DNA of 64,000 nucleotides from a virus: IMG/VR virus record IMGVR_UViG_3300045988_156211; one strand, 5' to 3'. Shown piece by piece: positions 38,239 to 47,620 of this stretch (position 1 is its first letter; each line of letters starts with the position of its first letter). The notes under the pieces were generated by a model. It saw only the letters and a program-made list of their open reading frames with translations, ran no database searches and was not told where the DNA came from. The position numbers and the translations under genes were made by a program.

Positions 38239-39078
38239 TTAGAAATTACATCCATTTCCACATCCATTGTTGCATCCACATCCGCAACCATTGTTATTAC
38301 GCTGCTGATACAGCAGGTTAGCAAATGCCTCTGTCTGTTCTTTCTGTGAAAGCTTGAACTTCAAATCCTGGATCTGATTAAGCTGTTCATCTCTCCAGTG
38401 AGAATTGATCATGTCCTTGAGACCCTGGTTACCCATTTCAATGGCCTTCAGGATTTCACATTTGTCCTGACCTTGCTGGTATCCAAGCTGAGAGAATCCT
38501 CTCTCCATACCAGTGTTGGTACGGTCAAAACCGAACTGCATGTTGTTGATTATATCCTTCTGTCCAAGCTGATTCTCATAGCCCATTTTAATGATAGCCT
38601 GCTGTGTCTGGCAGCAGCAGTCCTTAATAGCTGTAAGGATACCCGTATTTCCAAGGTTAACAGCATTGATTACACGTTCAGATGTCAAACCAACCCGACC
38701 AGATACTTTATCAATACCTGCACGGACATCACAGATAGCTCCCTGCAATGAATTGAAGTCACAGTTAAGGTTTGAAGCCAACTGATTGATAGCAGCAGCA
38801 TTACCTTTTACGGCGTCCATAATCAGATTGCTGTTCTGGTTGTCCTGCATCTGAGTGCGGAGTGCCTGCAACTGATTCTGAACTTCGATGTTCTGCTGAC
38901 CCTGACCATTTGCATCCCAGCCATTTCCGAAGAAACGATTAGCAAACATAAGCCATACGAGATAAACGAATGGGTTGTTCCATTCCTGGTTTGAACCATT
39001 TCTCATGAGAGCGGCTGCAGTAAGCATATCATTACCACGGTCACCACAACATACTACTCTATCTACGTCCATATCCAT
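38239..39078 (-). CDS. Q/N-rich, Cys-rich protein with C-terminal GCGCGCNNGCGNGCNF tail, unknown function
   Basis: 279 aa, about 43% GC in the sampled line. Cys clusters are VVCCGDRG, KDCCCQTQ and a terminal (G/N)C repeat. It also has a hydrophobic patch PFVYLVWLMFANRFF. Confidence 0.65.
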   Translation of the reverse strand: MDMDVDRVVCCGDRGNDMLTAAALMRNGSNQEWNNPFVYLVWLMFANRFFGNGWDANGQGQQNIEVQNQLQALRTQMQDNQNSNLIMDAVKGNAAAINQLASNLNCDFNSLQGAICDVRAGIDKVSGRVGLTSERVINAVNLGNTGILTAIKDCCCQTQQAIIKMGYENQLGQKDIINNMQFGFDRTNTGMERGFSQLGYQQGQDKCEILKAIEMGNQGLKDMINSHWRDEQLNQIQDLKFKLSQKEQTEAFANLLYQQRNNNGCGCGCNNGCGNGCNF

Positions 39079-39173
39079 AAAAATAAAAATTTAAAAGTTA
39101 AACATTTAGTGAATTAAAATATAATGATCTCTCCGGAGGAAATCAATTTCTAGTTTAAGGGTATTTTAAAAAC

Positions 39174-40517
39174 CTATCTAATCTTACTCTTCAGGGTATT
39201 AACTTCGTTTCTTAACCTCTGTATCTCTAATACCAATAGAGATATATAATCTACTGATTTATATCCATCAGCATCTTCTATAACAAGATTCTTAAGTCCA
39301 ACCTCCTCTAAGTCTTGAGCTATGACGCCATAAGATTTGGTTTTGTTTTTGTCGGATATATAGTTAAATTCAAAAAATTTAACCTTTTTAATTTTGTCAG
39401 TATCCTCTACTATTGTAGAGATATTCTCTTTTAGCCTTATATCTGAAGTTTGAGTTACCTTTGTTGCAGTAACTTGACCATTTGAAAGTGATACTTCATT
39501 GATCTTTAATACTCCTGAAGAAGATTCAATTATACGGGATGTATAGTCTGCAGAAGATTTATTATAATGGAAGTCAATAAATGGTGTTGCATGATATATT
39601 TCAATACCTTCACCCATTAATTCCAAAGGAGCATTGTTTATTCTAAAACCACCGTTAAAGGCTACTGCTCCAGTAACAGTACCACCACTCAATGGTAAAT
39701 ATGTCTTTCTATTGTGAGCAGAATACAAACTACTTAATTGACTTGCTTGAGTTTTTGTCATATAGCCATTTCTTGAAGAAGTGGCATCAAGCATAGTGAC
39801 TTGAATAGTTTCTACATACCCGGGATCACCAGTAGGATCATCATAGTTATGATACATTGCTACCAAAGGAGAACCGAATAAGAATCCTACCTTATTATTT
39901 TCTACTCCTATATCATGACTTAAGGTGTTGTTAGGAGAAGTTACAGATGAAGATTTGTTGAAGTATACCTTCTTAACTATACTCTTATCACCAACTAAAT
40001 TATCCAGATTTTTCTTATCCTCAGCAGACATGGCACCTGCATTGGAAGTAGTGGCATTAGGAATAACTACTTGTTCTGATGTACATTGAGAAGTATTATA
40101 ATTATTTCTAATTAAGTCTAGCCTTAAATCACCATTATATTGATTTGGCATGACCCCCAATACTGGGATATAATTTGATGTTCTAGTTCCATACTGGTCT
40201 GACCACATCAATTTATATTTATCAAATAATGATTTATCTGAAGTAGACATCAATCCATCTTGTGAACTACTGGCCAAACCTAAATCAGTTATATCAGATT
40301 TACTATGAGTATGATCAGCATCTGCTTTCTCATTTAATTTACTCTGTAAACTGCTTATATCAGATTTAGTAGCATAGTTAGACAGATCTTGCTTACTACC
40401 ATATTTTACACCCTTAAAGAGGATTACACCTGTATCCTTAGCAAAGTATAAACCTCCTGAATGAGAAGAAGAGCTATAAGAGCCCTCCTTCCCCTCAAAG
40501 AATTTTAACAAAGCCAT
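39174..40517 (-). CDS. fibre/spike protein with C-terminal intramolecular chaperone (peptidase S74-type) domain
   Basis: TSDIRLKENISTI...YGVIAQDLEEV...LEIQRLRNEV is the SDxRxK autocleavage/chaperone signature of endosialidase-type fibres. GAMSAEDKKNLDNL fibre motifs are also present. Confidence 0.8.
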   Translation of the reverse strand: MALLKFFEGKEGSYSSSSHSGGLYFAKDTGVILFKGVKYGSKQDLSNYATKSDISSLQSKLNEKADADHTHSKSDITDLGLASSSQDGLMSTSDKSLFDKYKLMWSDQYGTRTSNYIPVLGVMPNQYNGDLRLDLIRNNYNTSQCTSEQVVIPNATTSNAGAMSAEDKKNLDNLVGDKSIVKKVYFNKSSSVTSPNNTLSHDIGVENNKVGFLFGSPLVAMYHNYDDPTGDPGYVETIQVTMLDATSSRNGYMTKTQASQLSSLYSAHNRKTYLPLSGGTVTGAVAFNGGFRINNAPLELMGEGIEIYHATPFIDFHYNKSSADYTSRIIESSSGVLKINEVSLSNGQVTATKVTQTSDIRLKENISTIVEDTDKIKKVKFFEFNYISDKNKTKSYGVIAQDLEEVGLKNLVIEDADGYKSVDYISLLVLEIQRLRNEVNTLKSKIR

Positions 40518-40518
40518 A

Positions 40519-42042
40519 TTATACTTCTATTAAAGTTAGAGCAGATTCCAAAGCAGCAACTCTTGTCTGAAGTGAGCTGAGATCCGTCTGCTTGGCATAT
40601 GTAGCAGTGATCACATTACCACTTGCATCCTGAGTAGCCTTTGTAGCTGATGTTGCAGAAGTAGCATTACCACTAAGATTACCCTTAAAGGTAACAGCTG
40701 TAAGAGTTTTCGTAGATGGGTTATAAGTAATACCGTTACCTTTCTGTACGCCCTTAGTTTCCTGTTCGGTATTACCAGCAGTACCGGCCAACAATACGTT
40801 ATATTCACCGTTAGCAACATTTACTGCATTCTGAAGAACATTCTGGTCAGTCCAAGGTACAGAAACATAAGCCTTCTCACTGTTAAGTTTAACGGCATAG
40901 TTCTTACCATTTTCGGCATATCCGATCTGTATACCTCCTCGAACACCAGAAGCAGCCAATGGCAAAGAATAGTTATTGAGACTTTCTAACTTGGCCTTAT
41001 CCTCTTTAGACATAAGACCTGCAGCTGCAGTAGAAGCCAGTGTCAGTGTTACAACTTTATTTGTACCAGAAAGTGTGTGGAAAGTCAATGTAGCATTGTT
41101 TGTACCTGCAGCCCAGTTAATGTTAGTTCCAAGAGCCTCAGTCTTCTTAGCATAAGTAGCATCAATGTTAAGACCTTCAAGAGCTGATACTTTGCCCTTG
41201 AGAGAAGCAATGTCTGTGGCATTCTGTTTACCCTTAGATCCCTCATAAGCAGTACCACTGGTTTCACCGAGAGCCAAACTAGCTGATATCTCTACTAGAG
41301 ATTTTCCATCCCAGCGATATAGGATATTGGTTCTTGAAGAACTACCCGTAGCATCTGTTAGACGGAAGTTGTAGATGGTATCCTCTTTAGGATCTGTACC
41401 TCCATCCCAACTGTCCTCCAGTCTCTCATAGATTTTCTTGGTATCTATAACATAGTAACGATCACCTTCTGATACACCATCTGATGGTAGATTAGTGCTA
41501 CTAGCTACGGCTTTCTCAATACCGAATACTCTAGCCATCTGACCATCAAGCTGAGATACAGGAATTTTGCCACGTTCATCCAAAGTAGCAACACCATTGG
41601 CAACTCCCATCTCACTACGTTTAACCTGAGCATCATTTGTAACATTTGAAAGCCCGACATCTCCTTTTGCCAATGTAGGGTTAGAACTGATTTTCTTACC
41701 ATTGATGGTATACCCATCCACTGTACTCTTTACAGCATTGATAGCCTGCTGCTGAGCAGTAGATACCGGCTTGTTAGCATCAGATGTATTGTCCACATTA
41801 CCAAGACCAACCATTGACTTGTTAAGTGTGATAGTAGTACTCTCAGAACCATCAGTATAAGTGATAGTCATAGTAGTACCACTGATATCTACACTCTTAA
41901 CTGCCTTAAAGGACGTAGACATGCCATAGGTTATACCCTGGAATATGATTTCATGTGTATCAGTGGCAAAGTATACACCATACGGATAAGTGTCCTGTAC
42001 ATAAGAAGATTTCTTACCTACGATAAAATTAATAAGCGCCAT
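40519..42042 (-). CDS. fibre protein (GC-richer paralogue sharing its N-terminal anchor with 39174..40517)
   Basis: N-terminus MALINFIVGKKSSYVQDTYPYGVYFATDTHEIIFQGITYG compares with MALLKFFEGKEGSYSSSSHSGGLYFAKDTGVILFKGVKYG. Fibre repeats include GLGNVDNTSDANKPVS and AAGLMSKEDKAKLESL. Confidence 0.8.
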   Translation of the reverse strand: MALINFIVGKKSSYVQDTYPYGVYFATDTHEIIFQGITYGMSTSFKAVKSVDISGTTMTITYTDGSESTTITLNKSMVGLGNVDNTSDANKPVSTAQQQAINAVKSTVDGYTINGKKISSNPTLAKGDVGLSNVTNDAQVKRSEMGVANGVATLDERGKIPVSQLDGQMARVFGIEKAVASSTNLPSDGVSEGDRYYVIDTKKIYERLEDSWDGGTDPKEDTIYNFRLTDATGSSSRTNILYRWDGKSLVEISASLALGETSGTAYEGSKGKQNATDIASLKGKVSALEGLNIDATYAKKTEALGTNINWAAGTNNATLTFHTLSGTNKVVTLTLASTAAAGLMSKEDKAKLESLNNYSLPLAASGVRGGIQIGYAENGKNYAVKLNSEKAYVSVPWTDQNVLQNAVNVANGEYNVLLAGTAGNTEQETKGVQKGNGITYNPSTKTLTAVTFKGNLSGNATSATSATKATQDASGNVITATYAKQTDLSSLQTRVAALESALTLIEV

Positions 42043-42069
42043 AAAAATTTAAGTTTTTAAGTTAATAAA

Positions 42070-44178
42070 TTAAATTACGAACTGTATAGTTATTGAACCA
42101 TATAAATCGGTTTTAACCTTTGCTAAGTCACTCTGTATTGCTTCTATAGAACTAGTGTTATTATCTATCTTAGATCCTAACTCTAATTCCATATTAGCAT
42201 CAGCATCTTTACGATCTTGTATCTCCTTTGCTAAAGCTGTATCAATATCGTTAAGCCTACCCTCTATACCAGTTACTTTATCATTGAACCTAGATTGTAG
42301 CTCTTCTCTAGCCTTTACCTCATCATCAAGATCGCTCCTTAGAGTACTAGTAGTATCTTCTAGGGCAGATACTCTTTTTTCTAGATCCTCGGAATCAGTA
42401 GTTAAGCTATCCAAAGTTTCCTTAATAGTATCAACCCTACTCTGTAATCCTTGGATAAGTTCAAGATTATGTTGTATATTAGCAGTATTGGTATTTATCA
42501 GATCTCTCTGTGAATCTATTCTATCACTTAAAGCTTTATCTGCACTGCTAAGTGTAGTATTAATATTATCTATAAGTGTCGTTAGAGATTCTCTAAGAGA
42601 ATTTATTTCAGTAGATATCTTACTATCAAGTTCTTTATCTGCAAATTCTCTAGCAGATTTCTCACCATCGATATTAGATTGTAATTGTTCAACTTGATTA
42701 TCTACCTTGAGATCCAACTCTTCCCTAGATTCTATCTCGGCATTTAACTGCTCGGTTATAGCGGCTAATCTCTTGGTTATAGTAGTAGCAAAGTTTGGAT
42801 CATCACCCAAAGCTTTGGCTATCTCTTCAAGAGTATCAAGTACTTCTGGAGCAGATCCAATGATTTTCTCGATAGCAGCATTTACTTGTTCTTCAGTCTG
42901 ATAATCCATATCATTCTCTAACTGAGACAATTTGGTTATCAGTTTAGCTCCATCTTCTATGTTATTAAGCTTTTCTAATAGCTCATCAGTAAAATCATTT
43001 TCTGATAAACCCTTACCTGGCTCTTTGTCTACCTTATTACCAAGAGAATCATTGATTGTATCAATCTTTGATTGTACATCTTCCTCATGTTGCTGTAGTC
43101 TAGAGTCAACACTACTTGACAGATCAGATATACTATGCTGTATAGAAGTATCGGCATTTTCTCTAGCTTTAGCTTCAGCTTCAATATCTTTTTGTAAAAG
43201 AGCATCAGCTTGAGTTCTGTCGTTTACCTCCTGTGTTACTCTCTCGTCTACTTTAGTAATAGTGGTGTTTACTCCAGAAATCTCATCAGTAATACGTTCA
43301 TTTAATGTAGTATCGGCATCTTTACGATTTTGAACTTCCTGTGTTACTAACTGAGAAACTTCGTTAGCCTTAGTATCAGTATAACTCTTAGCTTCCTGTA
43401 TACTTAAGGTTAACTCAGATTTATCTTGTATATGAGTTCTGGTTAGTTCATCTATTTTACCGCTAAGAGCATTCTCAGCAGCAGTAGCTCTACTCTCTTC
43501 TACTTCTACCAAAGAATCGGCATAAGACTTAGATTCACTATACCGTTTCTCAATCAAAAGCTTATTATCAGCAATATCTGATTCTAACCCATGGATATCC
43601 TCTTGAATAGTTCCAATAGTAGCCTGTATTTCTGATCGAATGGAATCAGCCTTATTAGATACTTCAGCTATCTTTGCCAAAAGTTGAGTATTGAAACTAT
43701 CAAGATCATTTCTAATGCTGTTCTCAGCAGCAGTAGCTCGTCCTATCTCTGTGTTGAGAGCATTGGTTAAATCGGTGATTTTATTTAGGATAGTAGTAGC
43801 AAAGTTTGGATCATTATTGAGTGCATCAGCTAATTCCTTAAGAGTATCAAGGGCTTCCCCTGATCCATCTATAAGATCATCTATAGCTTTCTCTACATCC
43901 TCTTGTGTTTGAAACTTTAAATCGTTTTCTAGTTGAGATACTTTAGTCACTATGTGAGTAGTACACTCTTCTAGTTTTTGTTTGAGTTCATCAGTAAAAT
44001 CATTTTCTGATAAACCCTTACCTGGCTCTTTGTCTACCTTATTTGATATGGAGAGTACGAAATTTAAAAAGTCCCTTAAAGTCCCCTCAAATCCAGCCTC
44101 TACAAAATCATCATAGTAGCCTTGGAGAAGTCTCTCATCTATCTCTTCTCCACTTGAATAGTATTTGCTTACGTACAT
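42070..44178 (-). CDS. long coiled-coil fibre (fibritin/whisker-like) with internal duplication
   Basis: 702 aa, mostly heptad-like. The module DKEPGKGLSENDFTDEL...LDTL.E.A.AL..DPNFATT is duplicated. Confidence 0.8.
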   Translation of the reverse strand: MYVSKYYSSGEEIDERLLQGYYDDFVEAGFEGTLRDFLNFVLSISNKVDKEPGKGLSENDFTDELKQKLEECTTHIVTKVSQLENDLKFQTQEDVEKAIDDLIDGSGEALDTLKELADALNNDPNFATTILNKITDLTNALNTEIGRATAAENSIRNDLDSFNTQLLAKIAEVSNKADSIRSEIQATIGTIQEDIHGLESDIADNKLLIEKRYSESKSYADSLVEVEESRATAAENALSGKIDELTRTHIQDKSELTLSIQEAKSYTDTKANEVSQLVTQEVQNRKDADTTLNERITDEISGVNTTITKVDERVTQEVNDRTQADALLQKDIEAEAKARENADTSIQHSISDLSSSVDSRLQQHEEDVQSKIDTINDSLGNKVDKEPGKGLSENDFTDELLEKLNNIEDGAKLITKLSQLENDMDYQTEEQVNAAIEKIIGSAPEVLDTLEEIAKALGDDPNFATTITKRLAAITEQLNAEIESREELDLKVDNQVEQLQSNIDGEKSAREFADKELDSKISTEINSLRESLTTLIDNINTTLSSADKALSDRIDSQRDLINTNTANIQHNLELIQGLQSRVDTIKETLDSLTTDSEDLEKRVSALEDTTSTLRSDLDDEVKAREELQSRFNDKVTGIEGRLNDIDTALAKEIQDRKDADANMELELGSKIDNNTSSIEAIQSDLAKVKTDLYGSITIQFVI
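42983..43038. repeat. 56-bp exact direct repeat, copy 1 (inside fibre gene)
   Basis: TCATCAGTAAAATCATTTTCTGATAAACCCTTACCTGGCTCTTTGTCTACCTTATT, identical to 43988-44043. Confidence 0.9.
43988..44043. repeat. 56-bp exact direct repeat, copy 2 (inside fibre gene)
   Basis: It has the same 56-mer 1005 bp away. A second shorter shared segment, GTAGTAGCAAAGTTTGGATCAT, lies near 42787 and 43793. Confidence 0.9.
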
Positions 44179-44190
44179 AAAATAGGGAAT

Positions 44191-44604
44191 TTAATCTTTA
44201 AAACAAAAAATCTCACTGTTACCGCATCTAAAGTATATACCATCTTGGCTAGCAAAACCATTATGTACATCATCTGGATGTTCAGGATCTGGATCACCAG
44301 CATCAAGAATATCTCCCATAATAATACCATAATCTGGGAGTACGTCTATACGTATTTTAATGATCTGTCCTACTCCTATAACCTGGGTTATTACTCTATC
44401 AAAAAGTGTACCAAAATATTCATGGAATATAGAAGTAAATTTTTGCCCAGATAAACTTTGATGTATAGCTAGGTAATGACTACCGTTATCTCCTATTTCT
44501 AGGTGTAATCCAACATTAGATGAGTTAACCTTTATGAGATTACTGTCATACCAAACTTTACCACTTATGATTACAGGAGTAAATCTTAACTTGATACCTG
44601 TCAT
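44191..44604 (-). CDS. hypothetical structural-module protein
   Basis: 137-aa ORF. Confidence 0.5.
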   Translation of the reverse strand: MTGIKLRFTPVIISGKVWYDSNLIKVNSSNVGLHLEIGDNGSHYLAIHQSLSGQKFTSIFHEYFGTLFDRVITQVIGVGQIIKIRIDVLPDYGIIMGDILDAGDPDPEHPDDVHNGFASQDGIYFRCGNSEIFCFKD

Positions 44605-44622
44605 AATATGTTCGTTTTAAGT

Positions 44623-45096
44623 TTAAATAAAGGTTACTTCAGTATCCTTATCTCTCTTAAGAATCAACAAAAACACCAAAGCTTTATCTTTAGCTTGAGC
44701 TACTTGAGTATCTCCACATGGCATGTAAGTAATACCATTTATGATAAACCTATCTTGTACCCAGTCAAAATCCCAATAATCATCGGAATTCAAATAATGA
44801 TTGTCTAAAAGGTATTTATGAGATACCATTATAGAAAGATTCTCATCATCTAATTGACCTGTAGTTGAAGCTTTGTTTATCGGCCAATTTCTAAAAGCAT
44901 TGTAATAACATAAAGCCTCAATCTGTATATTGTAGTAATGTGGAGTATAGTCCTCTCCATGAGTAAGATACTGGTTTACATGTTTAGCCCATGTTATGGT
45001 TTGTCTACCAGCATCAATATCCAGAAAATTCTGAACTATGCGTTGGTATCTATCCCAAGATTTATTAGATACATACTTATTAGGTAACTTAGTCAT
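44623..45096 (-). CDS. hypothetical structural-module protein
   Basis: 157-aa ORF. Confidence 0.5.
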   Translation of the reverse strand: MTKLPNKYVSNKSWDRYQRIVQNFLDIDAGRQTITWAKHVNQYLTHGEDYTPHYYNIQIEALCYYNAFRNWPINKASTTGQLDDENLSIMVSHKYLLDNHYLNSDDYWDFDWVQDRFIINGITYMPCGDTQVAQAKDKALVFLLILKRDKDTEVTFI

Positions 45097-45101
45097 AACG
45101 A

Positions 45102-45965
45102 TTACCTCCTATGTTTATTTATCAATATTCTAGGGTTAGGTACATCTAAAGGACCAGGTCTTTTTAATCGAACGTTTCTTGGAGGTATGATTGGTCTATA
45201 GTTCTCACAGAATGGCAAGAATATATCCAATCGATTTGCTAAAGTACATAAGTTTTTACGTAATTCATCAATTATACCTCCAGGTTTTAAAGCATCGGTA
45301 AAAGCTTTGAATAAACTGCTTCCACTTTCTGTTAACTTATCATAATACTGTACTTCTGTTGGACCAGTAGTTATAGATTTAATCCTATCACCCCTTGCAG
45401 AATCTGCCTGATCTGAATCTGGGTTATCCGTAGAACTAGTTATTTCACCTATATACTCATTTGCCTGTATAAGGATGTTCATAACTCTTACATTTAGAAA
45501 ATCCCAGGCAGCCAATTCCATGATTAATTGATTTTCTAGTCCCTCATAAGATAATTCATCATTGTAATCTTCAATGGGAGTATCATGATTTACTAGAGGA
45601 CCTATATAAAGTTGCCATTTATTAATATACATGGCTTTATCCTCCATAGTAAGACCGTCTCCAATAACTGAAGGTATATAGTTATCAATTAATACATAGA
45701 TACTATCTGTCAAATGAGTTTTTGATTTAGTGGTTACTATTACAGTCTTAGATACAGTACTATTAAATCCAGAAGAATCTGTAACTGTAAGTGTTACCTG
45801 ATAAAATCCGGGTTTTTCATAAGTATGTGTGGGTAACTTTTTATTATAAGCATAACCATTATCATCACCAAAATCCCACTCAAAAATGGATTTGGGTGGG
45901 GTTTTGGTTATTACTCTAAAGGAAACGTCTAGACCTAGTGTATTGTATACAAAATCTAGATCCAT
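45102..45965 (-). CDS. PKD-domain protein (possible capsid/neck decoration)
   Basis: FEWDFGDDNGYAYNKKLPTHTYEKPGFYQVTLTVTDSSGFNSTVSKTVIV is a canonical PKD/Ig-like domain (WDFGDG..H.Y...G.Y.V.L.V.D). Confidence 0.75.
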   Translation of the reverse strand: MDLDFVYNTLGLDVSFRVITKTPPKSIFEWDFGDDNGYAYNKKLPTHTYEKPGFYQVTLTVTDSSGFNSTVSKTVIVTTKSKTHLTDSIYVLIDNYIPSVIGDGLTMEDKAMYINKWQLYIGPLVNHDTPIEDYNDELSYEGLENQLIMELAAWDFLNVRVMNILIQANEYIGEITSSTDNPDSDQADSARGDRIKSITTGPTEVQYYDKLTESGSSLFKAFTDALKPGGIIDELRKNLCTLANRLDIFLPFCENYRPIIPPRNVRLKRPGPLDVPNPRILINKHRR

Positions 45966-45980
45966 CGTAAAATTTATTTA

Positions 45981-46370
45981 TTATTCTCCTTCTTCATCTA
46001 ACAGAACTTCAAGAATAGATTCTACAGTATCACTGTCAGTGTATGTTACTCCATTTTTCTGGGCTACCAGTTTTACCTGTTCAAGGGTATACCCCTTAGA
46101 AATCTTCTGGATGGTTAAACCACTCTCCAGTTGTTTCTTCATCTTCTTCAACAGCTTATCGGTATCTTCCTTAGAACCAACATCTACCTTGTTATCCACT
46201 AGTACAAGGTGACCAGAATTTATGGCCATCTGTATTCTACGAGTACGGAACTGAGTAGCTGTTAATTCAATGGTTTCTCCCCTACATACTGTTATACCAG
46301 TACATTGATCATGGAAACTGTAGGCTTTCTCTCCAGTAGTTACTTTGTAAAGCTTTGATTTAGTTGTCAT
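45981..46370 (-). CDS. hypothetical head-module protein
   Basis: 129-aa ORF downstream of the MCP terminator-like hairpin. Confidence 0.5.
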   Translation of the reverse strand: MTTKSKLYKVTTGEKAYSFHDQCTGITVCRGETIELTATQFRTRRIQMAINSGHLVLVDNKVDVGSKEDTDKLLKKMKKQLESGLTIQKISKGYTLEQVKLVAQKNGVTYTDSDTVESILEVLLDEEGE

Positions 46371-46413
46371 ATTATTAAGAATTTAGATTGTTTATATGTT
46401 TAATTAAAAGAGA

Positions 46414-46495
46414 GACTTAGGTGATTTGTTATCTTGGCTAAAATAAGAAGTATCGAACGTTTATCAAATGAAAAATTGGTTAATCACCTAAAGTC
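46414..46495 (-). terminator. long-range hairpin downstream of the MCP gene (terminator/attenuator or structured RNA)
   Basis: GACTTAGGTGATT (46414-46426) pairs with AATCACCTAAAGTC (46482-46495) with one bulged A and a 55-nt loop. On the minus strand it is followed by TCTCTTTTAATT. Confidence 0.4.
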
Positions 46496-46507
46496 CCTCC
46501 TATAGAA

Positions 46508-47620
46508 TTATTCCAGATTTACCAACAAGTATGGATCTATGTTCATAAAATCTGGGAATCCATTGTCTGAGAACTTCTTGTTAGAAGCCAACATAACAAC
46601 GGCATCCTGATACATCTTACTGAATCCCGTTGTCAGAGTTGCATATACTGCTTCTGTCTGATTTGATACGATTCTCTCTGATTCAAGCATGAGCTGCTTA
46701 GCAGTAAGCTTGATCAATGCGGCCGACTTATCAATCATCATCAACTGATTATCTGGTGTTCCCGGGTGAATATAGAAATCAGCCGATTTAGGAACGGGAG
46801 ATTTTACATTCAGTGTTGCCTGAGTAGTTCCATAGCTCTTCTCCTTGAACTCTGGAAGATCTAGCAATTCTATAGCCTGATCTTCACCACCGATCATAGT
46901 AGTAAAGTTACGGCCCATACGAGAAGCTCTTACCCATATATGAAGCAGGTCCTTGTAGGATATACCCTTATCAGTATCATATACTCCAATAACCGGAGCA
47001 GATTCTGAACCATCCGACTTGTTACCATTGATAGCAACATCCATTGCAAGGTTATCCATAGCATAACCAAGCTGGATACCGAAATCTCGAAGATATATTC
47101 CAAGTACATCAAGTGATACGTAACTCTTTACCTCATCAGTAAGTTTGAATCCCTTACCTACCTTGAAAAGTCTTACTGACTTCTGACCATAGCTGATATC
47201 TCCCAATGGAATGGTCTCAGCCTCATTTACTTTAGCCGGTGCAGCATCACTCATATTAATGAATGGCATGATAGCTTGCAAACCATTGATAGGCTGATCA
47301 GCTGTGATTATCTGTGGGTAGAATGGTGCCTGTCTCATACCAAGAGTGATGGCATCACGGATAATCTCCGGCACAACCCATCTTACACTCGGATCTGGCA
47401 TAGAGTACAGATTCTGCATTGTAGTGATTCGAGTATTTATGCCGATCTTTTCGAATAGTTCATCCTTAGAAATTCCCCACTTACCTTTTACATACTCTTC
47501 AAAGGTAACTTCTACGGGCTTATGAGAACTATCTCCAGCACGTAAAGCATCCAAAGAATGTACGATTTCCGGAAGTTCTTTTCTAAAATCTTTAGCTTCC
47601 ATCTTTGTTATATCTACCAT
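46508..47620 (-). CDS. major capsid protein (HK97-fold expected)
   Basis: 370 aa, in the protease-decoration-MCP order, with elevated GC (about 42% in the sampled line) and followed by a long hairpin. Confidence 0.65.
   Translation of the reverse strand: MVDITKMEAKDFRKELPEIVHSLDALRAGDSSHKPVEVTFEEYVKGKWGISKDELFEKIGINTRITTMQNLYSMPDPSVRWVVPEIIRDAITLGMRQAPFYPQIITADQPINGLQAIMPFINMSDAAPAKVNEAETIPLGDISYGQKSVRLFKVGKGFKLTDEVKSYVSLDVLGIYLRDFGIQLGYAMDNLAMDVAINGNKSDGSESAPVIGVYDTDKGISYKDLLHIWVRASRMGRNFTTMIGGEDQAIELLDLPEFKEKSYGTTQATLNVKSPVPKSADFYIHPGTPDNQLMMIDKSAALIKLTAKQLMLESERIVSNQTEAVYATLTTGFSKMYQDAVVMLASNKKFSDNGFPDFMNIDPYLLVNLE

Noticed and set aside
40611-41717. Same-strand out-of-frame ORFs 40611..40820, 41085..41267 and 41505..41717 inside the 507-aa fibre gene.
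   Set aside because: They are alternative frames of a GC-richer gene, with Leu/Arg/Met-rich nonsense translations. They serve only as an indicator of the compositional shift.
17371-44178. A diversity-generating retroelement acting on the fibre genes.
   Set aside because: No reverse transcriptase ORF and no template/variable repeat pair with adenine-specific differences was seen. The only long repeat (56 bp) is exact.
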